Positions 9,681-20,119 of a stretch of 64,000 nt of DNA are shown in pieces; position 1 is the stretch's first letter; each line of letters starts with the position of its first letter. The DNA lies in contig CAVRBU010000001.1 in the NCBI GenBank assembly GCA_963719315.1, forward strand, positions 320,001-384,000, given 5' to 3'. The notes beneath the pieces are model-generated. The model saw only the letters and a program-made list of their open reading frames with translations, was not told the DNA's origin and ran no database searches. The translations under genes were made by a program, and so were the position numbers. This stretch comes from an uncultured Planctomycetota bacterium (lineage in GTDB: Bacteria; Planctomycetota; Planctomycetia; Pirellulales; Lacipirellulaceae).

Positions 9681-11193
9681 TTAAGTCTTGTCGGTCTTTA
9701 CCGCGGATTTCTGTTGGGCTTCGCGGAGCTCGTTGTGAAGTTCGCTGATGGGCTTGAGATCCAGGAACTGCGTCATCAGCGTTTGCGTGGCCGCGAAGAG
9801 TTGGTCGATCTTGCGCTGCATCAGGGCATCATCGCTTCGCAACTGGCGGGCCGACGTGCTGAGCATGAGGCTGAACTGCGGTTTCCCGGGCAGGTCGTCA
9901 AGAGAACGGAGCAGTTCTTGTGCGCCGTTGAAATCCTTCTTTTCGATTTTCTGTCGGGTGCGAGCCATCAAGATGTTGCGTCGCGCCACCACGTCGATGA
10001 GGTCCTCGCGGAGGGAGGCCAGGCGTGATTCGGCCGCCAGTCGGGCATCGTCATCCGGCAACGGGATGCCGATCGTTTGCTCGGCGCCCGGCACGATGGG
10101 CAGTTTCGCCAACAATTGGCCGCCGTGCTTGATGAAGAGCATTTCAATCCGATGCTTGCCGGGAGGAATGCGGACTTTGCCGTCTACGTCGCTCAGGCCA
10201 ATACGAGTCGGCGTTTCTTCGCCGGCGTTTTGCGCAAGGACCTCATAGCCGACGAGAGGCTTCCTGTCGTTCTTGCGCATGGAGGCGGAGCGTCGTGGCG
10301 TCGGCGTCGGCGCGGATGCCGACTGCCAGTTGTTCGACGCGACCTAGTCGCCGCCCGCTGAAGGGCCGGCGGCTGCCACTTAAGACTTGGAACGCGAGCG
10401 ACTTGCCTTTGCCCTCGACGGCCTCCAGATAGGTCCACGGGATTACCTGGATGCCGTTCTCCACAACCTGTCCGCCGCGCGAAGTGCGCCGCAAGATCGG
10501 CAAAAACACGTCGCCCGCCTTGGCCCAAGGCGGCATATCGGCGCCACGAGGCAGATCGGCCCCGCGGGGCTTCAGGAGGACGTGCTGCGGATCATTTGCA
10601 TCGACCTCGAGTTGGGCCAGCGGCGAAAACGCCTGGCACATAAGCGCGAACAACTGTTCCGGCAACGCAGAAGTCTGACGGCAATCGCGATGGATCGGAA
10701 CGCTCCAACGCTCGACATAATTGTCGTATTCGCGTGCCGTGAGCGCGAAGCCCGTGGGACTCCACTGGACGCCGAGCAATATGAGTTTGTCTTTGTCCTG
10801 CGGAAACTCTGTTGGTTTGGCGTCGGTAGTAGACGCTAAATTGCCGATGACATTGGCTCGTTCGGCGCCGGTCGCAAGTTGCACGTCGAATATCCAACCT
10901 GGCGCAAGCGCAGAGTCCACGCGCTGCTGCAAGTAGCGCGGAAGTTCGACTTCCCACAATTCGGCAAGGCCGCCCGGGACATCAATTGCTAGAACGGCGT
11001 GAATGCGATAGGGCTGTAACTGCCAGCCGCCGTTTTGGGCGCGGCTTGTGGAGGTGGAGGAGCTCAGGAAGAGGATCGATGCGAAAAATAAAAATGCGTA
11101 GGATCGGATTGCGCTAAGCCGCAAACGTTGGGCGAACGCCGGCGCGCACAATCCTGATTTCATCGTGTTTATGGATTGGTGCGACACGATCAC
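9681..11193 (-). CDS. Planctomycete-type exported hypothetical protein (frameshift near 10278)
   Basis: ORFs 10243-11193 and 9681-10280 overlap and read through as TTLRLH-RKNDRKPL; N-terminal hydrophobic signal; last gene of a co-oriented cluster. Confidence 0.7.
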
Positions 11194-13689
11194 TCACTGC
11201 GCTCGGGTCGCGTCGGCCCGCGCGACGTTCGCGCGTGGGGCGGGCGACCACCGTTTGACGTTTTGATACAGCGTAACCGGCGACCCGCCGATGCCGCGGA
11301 CCGATGTGCGGTACGCATAGAAATTGACCGTTTGCCACAAAGGAATGACGGGCAGTTCGTGGCTTGCGATTTCGTGAAGCTCGGCCAGCCGAGCACGGAC
11401 GTCCTTCCAATTCGTGGCCGTATCGAGGTCGCGGAGGGCGGCTTCGAGGTAAGGGCTTTGCAAGTCGCCGGCCAGGCCGTGCGGACCGAGAATCAGACGG
11501 GCATCGGCGATCGGTTCCCAAACGGCGAGCTCGGCGTAACGCAGGTCGCAATCGACTTTGCCCGCCAACAGCTCGTCCGCCGTGAATTCGCGAAGCTTGA
11601 TCGGAATGCCTTCACGCACAAGCTGGGCTTGAATCGATTGACAGGCCACGCGGGCAAGTGGATCGCTCGGATGGGCAAGTATCAACTCGGGCAGATTCGT
11701 GTTGAGCGGCTCATTTTCCTGCTTTTTTGTCGCTCCATCATCCTTGTCGGTAGATTTTGGTTTGTTTTTATCGGGCGGGTTTTGCACGCTGTTCCAGGCG
11801 ACGGTGGCTAGGATCGCGGCCAGTCGCGGCTCAAATGGTCGGGGAAGGACCTGGTTGTTGTACGCGTAACGAATGGGGTCGTTCAGCGATGTGCCGGAAG
11901 GAAACGGGCCGCTGACCGCTTCGAAACCTGGCAGGCTGCCGCCGCCCAGGAGCACGCGATCGACGATCCATTTGCGATCGATGCCGAAGCACAATGCGCG
12001 GCGAAACTCGCGCTTCGCCAGTAGCGGCTTCGCCAGGTTGGGAATCAACACGTGGACGGTCGGCAATTTGTAGCTTTCGACGCGAATATCTTGGGCGGCG
12101 CGGAGCCGCGAAAGTTGCCACGGCGGGACTCGATCGAGCACATCGATTTCGCCGGCCACGAGCGCCGCGACGGCGGCTTCGTCGTTCGGCATCGTTTGTT
12201 CGACGATGGCTTGTGGGCCCACCGACTTTACACCCGCGACGTCGGCGGCCGCGAATACAACCTGGTCCGCCGCGTAATCGGCAATCGTATAGGGGCCCGC
12301 GACACTTGCCGCGATCGGCAAGGCGACCTGTAGCAATGATTCGGGCCGCACGTGCACGCGCTTCAGATGCAAAACGACCGTGTTTCCGGGCTGAATGGAA
12401 ACGCTCTCCAGCAGCGCGGCAAAATCGCCCCGAAACGCGGGGCTGCCGGGAGCGGCCATCGAAAGCAAGTATCGTGCAAGCGCATCAGACGTGGGGTCGC
12501 CCGCGGTCTGTTTGGGATTTAACTTCAACGTCAGTTCGCGGCCACTCTCGTCGAGATCCCATTCGCCATAGGGCGACTCGTACGTGCCCCCTTCTGAACC
12601 GAAATCATTCTCTTCGGCCAGCAGCCGTTCGGTGAGAGCGCTAGTGCGAATTGCGGCCCAATCGTCGATGCGGCGCACGGGTTGCCGCGGTGACGTTTCG
12701 AATACGCCCACGGTAACGAACGGAAACTCGCGCTCGATGCGGGCCCGGATCTCTTCGGCCGTGTTGAGATTCGGCCAGATCGCGAGCGCGCGGCCGACCG
12801 CTTTTCGGGCTCCGATGTAGTCGCGGCGGCCAACGAGTTGGTTGGCCTCGGCCACTTGTCGCCCGGCGGCGGACTCGAAACGCTGCTGCCAGGCCGCGGC
12901 GGATTGCGGAGCGACGTTCTTGAACTGGTTCTGCCACAGGTCGAGCACCCGGCGGGCGGCCGTGTAATTGCCGTCGCGGAGATACCGTTGAATCACTTCG
13001 CCCGCGACCGCCTCGACCGCGCTCGGCAGCCCCGGGTACGCGGCATTGCGTTGGTACAACGTGAGCAGCAGGGCCAGCGCACGATCGTGTTGCTTCGCCT
13101 GATACAGAGCGAGGGCGTTGAGCCGCAAGTAGTTGCAGATCGAATCGTTCAAGCCCGCGAGCGAGGGGAACTCGACGCCCAGCCGGGCGTAATAATCGTA
13201 TGCCTCATCGAATTTGCCCGCCGCGGTGAGGCGCTGCGCTTCATCGAGCAGCACTTGCTCGAACACGCGAACGGCGGCCACGTTGGCCCAATTCACTTCG
13301 AATTCTTCGGTCGGTCGCTTGAGCAGCCGCACTTTAAGTGAGCCGGTTGCGGGCACGACAGCCAGGGGGCGCTGCGGCAAGTTCAGCGGCAGGACTTCCA
13401 GCGTCGAGCCGCCGGCCGCCTGATTGAGTACGATCTGGTCGAATGGCGTGCGATCGAGAAGCTTTTCGACGGCGGCTGGCTTGGGATCGGCCGCAAGCGA
13501 GGAGGTGACTTCAAAAATTGGGAAGAAGAGGAGGAATTGCAAAATGCAAAATGCAAAATGCAAATTGCAAATTGGGGGAATTCGTGGCGTGAGGCCAGCG
13601 AAAACGCGCAGTGCGCGCCTTTCAATTTGCAATTTGCAATTGTCAGTTTGCAATTTGCAATTCGGGCCCATAAATTCCCACCAATTCAT
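11194..13689 (-). CDS. ABC transporter substrate-binding protein (family 5-like) with TPR-like N-terminal region
   Basis: GPYTI, AALVAGEIDV, EFRRALCFGIDR, LHEIASHELPVIPLWQ; start at ATG 13689, adjacent to the upstream stop. Confidence 0.82.
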   Translation of the reverse strand: MNWWEFMGPNCKLQTDNCKLQIERRALRVFAGLTPRIPPICNLHFAFCILQFLLFFPIFEVTSSLAADPKPAAVEKLLDRTPFDQIVLNQAAGGSTLEVLPLNLPQRPLAVVPATGSLKVRLLKRPTEEFEVNWANVAAVRVFEQVLLDEAQRLTAAGKFDEAYDYYARLGVEFPSLAGLNDSICNYLRLNALALYQAKQHDRALALLLTLYQRNAAYPGLPSAVEAVAGEVIQRYLRDGNYTAARRVLDLWQNQFKNVAPQSAAAWQQRFESAAGRQVAEANQLVGRRDYIGARKAVGRALAIWPNLNTAEEIRARIEREFPFVTVGVFETSPRQPVRRIDDWAAIRTSALTERLLAEENDFGSEGGTYESPYGEWDLDESGRELTLKLNPKQTAGDPTSDALARYLLSMAAPGSPAFRGDFAALLESVSIQPGNTVVLHLKRVHVRPESLLQVALPIAASVAGPYTIADYAADQVVFAAADVAGVKSVGPQAIVEQTMPNDEAAVAALVAGEIDVLDRVPPWQLSRLRAAQDIRVESYKLPTVHVLIPNLAKPLLAKREFRRALCFGIDRKWIVDRVLLGGGSLPGFEAVSGPFPSGTSLNDPIRYAYNNQVLPRPFEPRLAAILATVAWNSVQNPPDKNKPKSTDKDDGATKKQENEPLNTNLPELILAHPSDPLARVACQSIQAQLVREGIPIKLREFTADELLAGKVDCDLRYAELAVWEPIADARLILGPHGLAGDLQSPYLEAALRDLDTATNWKDVRARLAELHEIASHELPVIPLWQTVNFYAYRTSVRGIGGSPVTLYQNVKRWSPAPRANVARADATRAQ
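13538..13659. repeat. Two inverted arrays of heptamer repeats
   Basis: 5x TGCAAA(A/T) at 13538-13572 and 5x ATTTGCA-like at 13625-13659, in opposite orientation. Confidence 0.85.
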
Positions 13690-13693
13690 ATTG

Positions 13694-16600
13694 CTACTTC
13701 GGCTGGTCGATGACGAGTAGCGTTCCATCTGCTGCCGCGACGACAAGTTTTTGCAAAAACGCAACCGGCCCCGTCGCCAGCGGATGCTCGACGTTGATTG
13801 TGCCCAGCGGTTTGCCGTCCGCCAGGGACCGCCGTTCGACCACGCCTTTGCGATATGCGAGGAGCACGCTATCGGCAATGACCAGCGGCGGGCCAGCGAG
13901 TTGGCCGTGCTCCAGCGGAACTTGCCAGCGCAGTTCGCCGGTCGGCGTCGCGGCCAGCAGCTTTTGATCCACCGTGGCCATAAGGACCATTTCGCCGGCG
14001 GCGTAGGGCCCCCACTCAGCGGGCGCCGGCAGATTCGTTTCACCGCCGAGCTCGAGCGAAGGGAGATTATATCGCACGAGTCGCGACTCGCCTGCGATCG
14101 CGAAAGCGGTATCGCCCAGTACGACGATCGGCGAACTGATCGGTCGGGGACCAACTTCCGCCTCTTTGACAACTTCCAAATGGGGTTGGGGCTGATCGGT
14201 GACGGTGACCAGATAGATCTTGTTAGCGCCGTCGGTGATCACGAACGGGCGGCCATCCCCCACGGCCACGCCGGCCCGTTTGTATTCGAGCGACGTGCCC
14301 GGCTCGATGCGCGGCTGAAACGGCGTGGCGAGCTTCGCGCCGTCGGCCGCGCTCAAGTAAAAGACCTGGCCAATCTTCAGGGGGGCCAAAAAGCCTTGGC
14401 CGAACGGTGTTGTGGCGCAGGCCAGAGGGCTGTCGAGCTGAATCCATTTCGCGGAATTTCCGTGCGCGGGATTGTAGAGCAGCAGCCAATCGGCATTCGC
14501 GGCAGAGAATACGGCTCGACCTTGACCCAAATCGGCGGAGGCGTTTAGCGCCGGCGGCTGCGGAGGCGCGAGCGGCGCGGCGAGAGGTTGGTCCTGCACT
14601 CGTGAGCGAATTGCCGCTTCGTCGAATCGGAAAGCATAACCGGCCGCGTTGGCGAATGTAAGCGATTTGGCCGCTTCATCGACGACGGGCGCTCCGGCCG
14701 GCGGCATGGCGAGATCTGTTTCCCACAAGCTGCGGCCTTGCTTCGTGTCGATCGCGGCCACGACCACGCCCGCGCGACCCTTGGGACGATGCACTTCAAT
14801 CAGCGTCTCGCCGAAAGCCGCTAGCGGGTGATCGAATGTAGCTCCCGCAAAGTTATTTTGAATTTCCTCGACCGGCAGGCGGTTGCCGGTCGGCACGATG
14901 TTGTATTTCGTGAGTTGCGTGTCGGCGACCCAGATGCTGCGGCCGACTACCGCGAAGTGCCGCATGATCGGCTGCGAGCCCACCGCATTGCGAGCGGCGA
15001 CGAGCGTGAGCGCTTCGCCGTCGTTGCCGCCCGCGATGTCGTAAACTTCAATTTGTCCTCGGTCGGTGACGACGATCAGCCCGCGGCCGGTGGTCAGTGG
15101 CGGCGACGTCACCAAACCGTTCAACCGACGGTTGGCCTGCTCTTTGGCAATCGCGTACTTGTCGTTCACGGCGAGCAAGTGCAGGCGGCTGGTTTCGGCT
15201 CCGTTGTTTTCAACGACGGCTAGCTTGTCCATCACCAGGACCGGCGCCACCTGGATCGTGCCCGGCGCGTGGCCGAGGAAATAAGCGCCGATGCACTTCA
15301 TGTCGGCCAGCGAGATCGCGTACAGGCTCGCGCGATCGCCGGTGACGTAGAGGTGCGTTTTCAGGCGATCGATGGTCGGAGCGACGCGCACCGGCTGCGG
15401 AAATTGCAAATAACCGGTTCGAGCACCGGTTTTCAAATCAATCACATAGACGCGGCCCGAGTCAGCAGCGACGAACCCGCGGTCGCCGACCAACAGCGGT
15501 TCGGCGAACGCCTCCTTGAACGTCTGCCGCCAGAGGAGCTTGCCGGTGGCAGCGTCGAGTCGCAGCAGTTCGTGTCGCACGCTGTCGGCAATGATTACAT
15601 CGCGGTCGATGAGTATTGGCCAACCCGTCGAGCCAAAGCCCACGTAACGCCTCCACAGCAATTTGCCGCTCGAAGCTTCCAGGCCGTACACTGCCCCGTC
15701 AACGCGAACGCAGGCTGTGCCCATTGCTGGGGCAGTGCTGCCGCGGTGATTGGCGACGGCAAGGGCGGCGACCCACGGCGTGGGCCGCTCGGCCGTTTCG
15801 GCGGGCTGTTTCTCGGCTACGAACTTGATGGTGGCCTGCTCGGCGGCGGCCGTTTTCTGGAGCGCTTCAGCCAGCGGCTTTTCATCGGCTAGCTCGGGGT
15901 GCTCTTTCATCAGCTTCAAATGGGCGGCGTAGGCCTCGATCGGTTTGCCATCGGCCACCGCCTGGTCCATCGCCTTGAGGCCCTCGCCCAGGGCGAGTTG
16001 CGATTGTTGCCGTCGCTCGACTCGTTCCAACGCATCGCGCACGGCGGTGAGCTTCGCCTCGTCGCGCAACTGTCTTCGGCACGTAGCTGGAGTTGTTGCA
16101 GAGCTCCAGCGCCTTGTTCGCCAGGCTGACGTACTTTTTGGAATCGTCCGAAGTGGGGGGCGCCTTCTCCGCCTGTTTTGCCAGTCCATCGGCGATTTGC
16201 GGAATGAGCGCGGCCAAATCCTCGTGCGAATCGTTAAAGGCCGGCTCGTCTTCGACAGCCTTCGTCTCCTTTTCAACCGCTTCCAAGGCGTGTTCGAAAT
16301 CGCCGGCCTCGGTCGGCTGGCGAATCTTCAACATCGCGAGTTGCACGCGAGCCAGACTATGCTCCGGATGCCGCGGAGAGGTGGTAAGAAAATCTTGAAA
16401 TTGCTCAATGGCTTGCGGATACGCTCCGCTCTTCATCGCTTCGCGTGCGAGCGCGACCTTTTGATCGCCCGATTCGAAGGTCAGCAGGAACCAAATCGTG
16501 CCGCCGGCCAGAAGTAGAAACACGAGGCCGCCGCCGCCGAGCAGGATCAGCGGCGAATCCCAGCGTTTCTTGTCTCTGTTCGACTTGGCTTTCTTTTTTC

Positions 16601-17219
16601 CGCTTTTTTTGTCGCGGCTGAGGCTGGTGGTTCGGCGGGCGCGCCCGACCGTTTCACTCAACTGTTCCGATTCCGATTGATCTTCGGCCGATCTGCTGCT
16701 GCCGGTTTCATTGACTTCGCCCGCATCTCCCAATTCGGCCAGTTTGACGACCGGGGCGGCGTTGGTCCGCGTCCGTTGCATCTTTTCGGCAGACGGAATT
16801 GTACCGAGTACGGGCAAATCTCCGTCGTCATCGACCGGCACTCTCGATGCCTTGGTCACGGCTACGTCATCGTCGATGGGTACAAGGCGGATTTCATCGT
16901 CTTCGCCGTCGTCGGTCGGTGATTCGTCTTCTTTTTTGCGGCCGCCCGTGATCTGCGGCGGAAAAATCGAACTGCTGCCAGCGGCATCCTCATCGTCCAG
17001 GTCTTCTTCGATCAGATTGACGCCGCTTTGCGTCAAGCCGGCCAGTACGTCGTTTGCTTGGTTTTGCGTGAGATGTTTTTTCTGCACTAAAAAGTTGGCG
17101 AGCTTCTCGGCAGATAGCGGACTGCGGGTCGCGGCCAGCGACTCACGAAGCTTTTTCATCAGCCGATCGGAGAGAAACTTGCGGCGCTCGAGCTCGGAGA
17201 TGAATTTACTGGCAGACAT
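13694..17219 (-). CDS. Membrane-anchored TPR plus PQQ-like beta-propeller repeat protein (frameshift near 16073)
   Basis: TM helix PLILLGGGGLVFLLL, TPR-like helices, repeated LDAATGKLLW/GELRWQ propeller motifs; ORFs 15882-17219 and 13694-16276 join as YVPK-QLRDE after removing one A. Confidence 0.82.
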
Positions 17220-17313
17220 GCAGTTGGAGTGCGAAAATAAGGTGAAGTCTTCAATGCGCGCGGTCGCTCGGCGGGCAGAGTATTGGGTCGGCTAACCGTT
17301 GACCAGCGGTTGC

Positions 17314-18216
17314 TTACCGATACGACTGATCTTCCACGCTGAACTCAAAACGATTTCCGGTATGGGTAACGCGAAAGACCGTGCCGCGAATGGTTTCAGG
17401 TTTGCGCGCACCCGCTTTTTTCTGTTCCAAGCTGAAAAGGATGGCCTGCGCTTCGGGCGGGTAGAATTGCAGGATGATCCGTCCCTTGTCGGCGATGCCA
17501 GCCTTCGCGGCCAACTGGCGGTCGAGCGCGGCGAACTGGCTGTCGGTCGGGTTCATGAAAAGCCGCACTTCTTTCGCTGGGTCGCCCACGCGAACATCCG
17601 GCTTCTCGTGACTTAGATTATATGCGTAATAAACCTTGTTGTCCTGACCCAGGACGCCAAGCTCGATTTTGAAGTAATCGAGCCACTGTGCGTATTCGAG
17701 TAGTGTGGAGGGTTCGAAGCGAATCTCTCGGCGTGGTTCGGCCGGACCGCCGCGACCGGGGCCAAAACCGGAACCGATGCCGCCGCCAACGCCGCCGCCG
17801 CGGCCGCCGCCAAAGCCGGGTGTGCGATTGTCGCCCTTACCCTCGGTCGGTTGAGCGCCAATATCAAGCTGTTCGTCGGCCAGTATCGCCGTGCGGTTGG
17901 AAACGGCCGTGGCCACGGCGCTGAGCGTATCCTGCATTTGCGGCTCGTCGAAGGCCGTTGCTTCCTCGATGCCGGGCGTGTCGATCTCGGCGTCGCCCGG
18001 CGAACCGCCAACGCCACCCGTGCCGCCGCCGCCCGTGTTGATGGGCGTCACGGGCACCGCGAACTCGCCGATGATGAAGTGGCTCGTAATATAGATCAGG
18101 AATAGCGCACCGACCGTAACGCAAGTAATGATCAACAACGCCACAATCCAGCTCGAAACTTTATCGTACGAGCTGACGCGCAGTTGATGTTTCTTTCGTT
18201 GCGGGACGCTGGACAT
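17314..18216 (-). CDS. Single-pass membrane protein with Gly-rich linker (TonB-like architecture, function unknown)
   Basis: N-terminal TM helix, Gly-rich GGGRGGGVGGGIGSG segments, co-oriented within the cluster. Confidence 0.7.
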   Translation of the reverse strand: MSSVPQRKKHQLRVSSYDKVSSWIVALLIITCVTVGALFLIYITSHFIIGEFAVPVTPINTGGGGTGGVGGSPGDAEIDTPGIEEATAFDEPQMQDTLSAVATAVSNRTAILADEQLDIGAQPTEGKGDNRTPGFGGGRGGGVGGGIGSGFGPGRGGPAEPRREIRFEPSTLLEYAQWLDYFKIELGVLGQDNKVYYAYNLSHEKPDVRVGDPAKEVRLFMNPTDSQFAALDRQLAAKAGIADKGRIILQFYPPEAQAILFSLEQKKAGARKPETIRGTVFRVTHTGNRFEFSVEDQSYR

Positions 18217-18221
18217 GATCG

Positions 18222-19886
18222 CTAGTCTTCCAAGACCGCCGTGGGCCGGATCGACAAATACCACTTCTTCCAGGCTTCGATCGCCTCGAATCGCTGCTGT
18301 TCGCTAAAGTCATCGGGCGGGCCAATTCCGTCGAAGTTGCGGCTGATGAACCGCAACTCATTGCGGGCTTCAATCACGATGCGTCGATCGGGATCGGTCA
18401 GCGCGTACAGCAGCGACGGCACGTAGTCCAAGTTGCCGGTACGCCCCAGCGCACGCACGGCCAGCATCCGAACCGGGGCCTCGCCGCCGTGAACGAGTTG
18501 CTGCAAGCGGCGGGCACTTTTCTCATCGACCTGATCGACCACCAATTGACTCGGGTCGCGGGCCAGATCGTCGAGGAGCGCATCATCGCCGTCGTCGATG
18601 ATCGAAAGTAATTCGTCAACCTTCGTATGGACCTGATCGACGATCAGTTGCCCATTGCGCAGTTTGGCGCGATTCAGATTCGTCGGCAGACCGCGGCCGG
18701 CGAGCAACATGCCTTCGCCGAGTTTGGCGTGAATGCTTTTTTGAGTCGAACGCAATAGAAAAAGAATGGAAAAAGCTGTGTCACACTCCGTGCCGCAGTA
18801 GCCAGACCAACTGCCGTCAGCAGCTTGATTCTTCGCCAGATATTCAAAGCCGTCGTTGTACCACTTGGGCGACTTATCCTCGATGCCCTCGAATGCTTCT
18901 TGGAAACTCTTATACCGCTCCAGGCCGTAGAGATAGTAAAAGCGTTTTACGCCGATATCGATTTTGTAATTCTTTTCCATCCAGGCATGAGCGCGATTCA
19001 TTGTGTCGGCAATCTTGGCCGCGCTCGTGTGTGAGGCTGGAAACCGCTTCGGGCCTTCGGAGCGGCCGGATTCGTCGACCGGACGCAACGCCGTAGGGAC
19101 CGCATCCTCCGGTTTCTCAGGCGCCGCTTCCTTGGAAATCTTGGGTTGCATCCCGAACAGGTCGGCGCAAATGTAAAGGCTGCCCAACCCGGCAGCGAGC
19201 ATCGAGCAAGTTGGGTCGTCCTGGGCAACGAGCGTGTCGGATGTTGCAACGGTTCCCTGATATCCCCAGCAACCGTCGGGGCCTTGCGTTTTCAGAAGCC
19301 AATTAGCGAGATTCTCGATCGATCCACCATCCAGATTGAAGCCGTGTCGATTCGCTTCCCAATACGATAGGGCGCCGTACTGCGATTGGGACGTGTCGCC
19401 CGTCTGAAGGGTGCTGTACCCCCAGCCGCCGTGCGATTTTTGGCGGGCCTTCAAACGGCCCAGATACCACTCGATTTCATGGGCGTGCTTTTTCGGCGAA
19501 ACCTCGCACAGAAAAATAACGGCCAGCCCGTTGCTGTAGACGTCGAAGTCATTGTCCGAGGGATTCGCCTGCATCGTTTTATAGCAGGCATCCGTCGCCT
19601 CGTTCACGCGGGCGTGGTCGGCGCGACCGGCTTTGAGAAACGCCAAGGCGATCAGGCATTTGCCGCCCAACCGCTGGTCGCCATGAGCTTCCAAATAACC
19701 CAGCCCGGCATCGACCAGCTTCTTCACTTCCGGACTCTCGGGCGTGACGCTCGCAATGCCCTGCTTCGCCCCCACAGAGCCCGCCAACGCAGCGGCCGCG
19801 CAGAGCCACGCAACGGCCCGCAGCCTCAACCGCCGCCGCTGGTTCAAGTTACCGGAAACAACTGGCATTGCCTCTTCCGCTGCCAT
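18222..19886 (-). CDS. Prenyltransferase/squalene-cyclase-like repeat plus HEAT repeat protein
   Basis: QW-type repeats QKSHGGWGY, QGPDGCWGY, QAADGSW; C-terminal HEAT repeat VRMLAVRALG...LLYALTDPD. Confidence 0.8.
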   Translation of the reverse strand: MAAEEAMPVVSGNLNQRRRLRLRAVAWLCAAAALAGSVGAKQGIASVTPESPEVKKLVDAGLGYLEAHGDQRLGGKCLIALAFLKAGRADHARVNEATDACYKTMQANPSDNDFDVYSNGLAVIFLCEVSPKKHAHEIEWYLGRLKARQKSHGGWGYSTLQTGDTSQSQYGALSYWEANRHGFNLDGGSIENLANWLLKTQGPDGCWGYQGTVATSDTLVAQDDPTCSMLAAGLGSLYICADLFGMQPKISKEAAPEKPEDAVPTALRPVDESGRSEGPKRFPASHTSAAKIADTMNRAHAWMEKNYKIDIGVKRFYYLYGLERYKSFQEAFEGIEDKSPKWYNDGFEYLAKNQAADGSWSGYCGTECDTAFSILFLLRSTQKSIHAKLGEGMLLAGRGLPTNLNRAKLRNGQLIVDQVHTKVDELLSIIDDGDDALLDDLARDPSQLVVDQVDEKSARRLQQLVHGGEAPVRMLAVRALGRTGNLDYVPSLLYALTDPDRRIVIEARNELRFISRNFDGIGPPDDFSEQQRFEAIEAWKKWYLSIRPTAVLED

Positions 19887-19923
19887 TTACAGTCGCGCGA
19901 TTTTTCCTATAGTGGAAGCTACC

Positions 19924-19996
19924 GGACAGGTAGCTCAGTTGGTAGAGCACAGGACTGAAAATCCTGGTGTCGGCGGTTCGATCCCGCCCCTGTCCA
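19924..19996 (+). tRNA. tRNA-Phe (GAA)
   Basis: Acceptor stem GGACAGG/CCTGTCC, D-arm AGCTCAGTTGGTAGAGC, anticodon loop CTGAAAA, T-loop GGTTCGATCCC; CCA not encoded. Confidence 0.97.
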
Positions 19997-19998
19997 TT
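19955..19998 (+). repeat. attL (3' part of tRNA-Phe)
   Basis: ctgaaaatcctggtgtcggcggttcgatcccgcccctgtccatt, identical to 31524-31567. Confidence 0.95.
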
Positions 19999-20119
19999 GA
20001 TTGTAAGTCAAAGCCGAATCGAGATTTAGATTGCCTGCCGATGTTCGGCAGTGAGGCTTTTCCCCAAGGCGCAAAACCGTACATACGGCGTTGCGCTCTC
20101 AACATGGGAGAAACTCACT

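Noticed and set aside
13690..14172. Long N-terminal extension of the SBP ORF given in the ORF track
   Set aside because: Overlaps the upstream PQQ gene in another frame; ATG 13689 next to that gene's stop is more plausible
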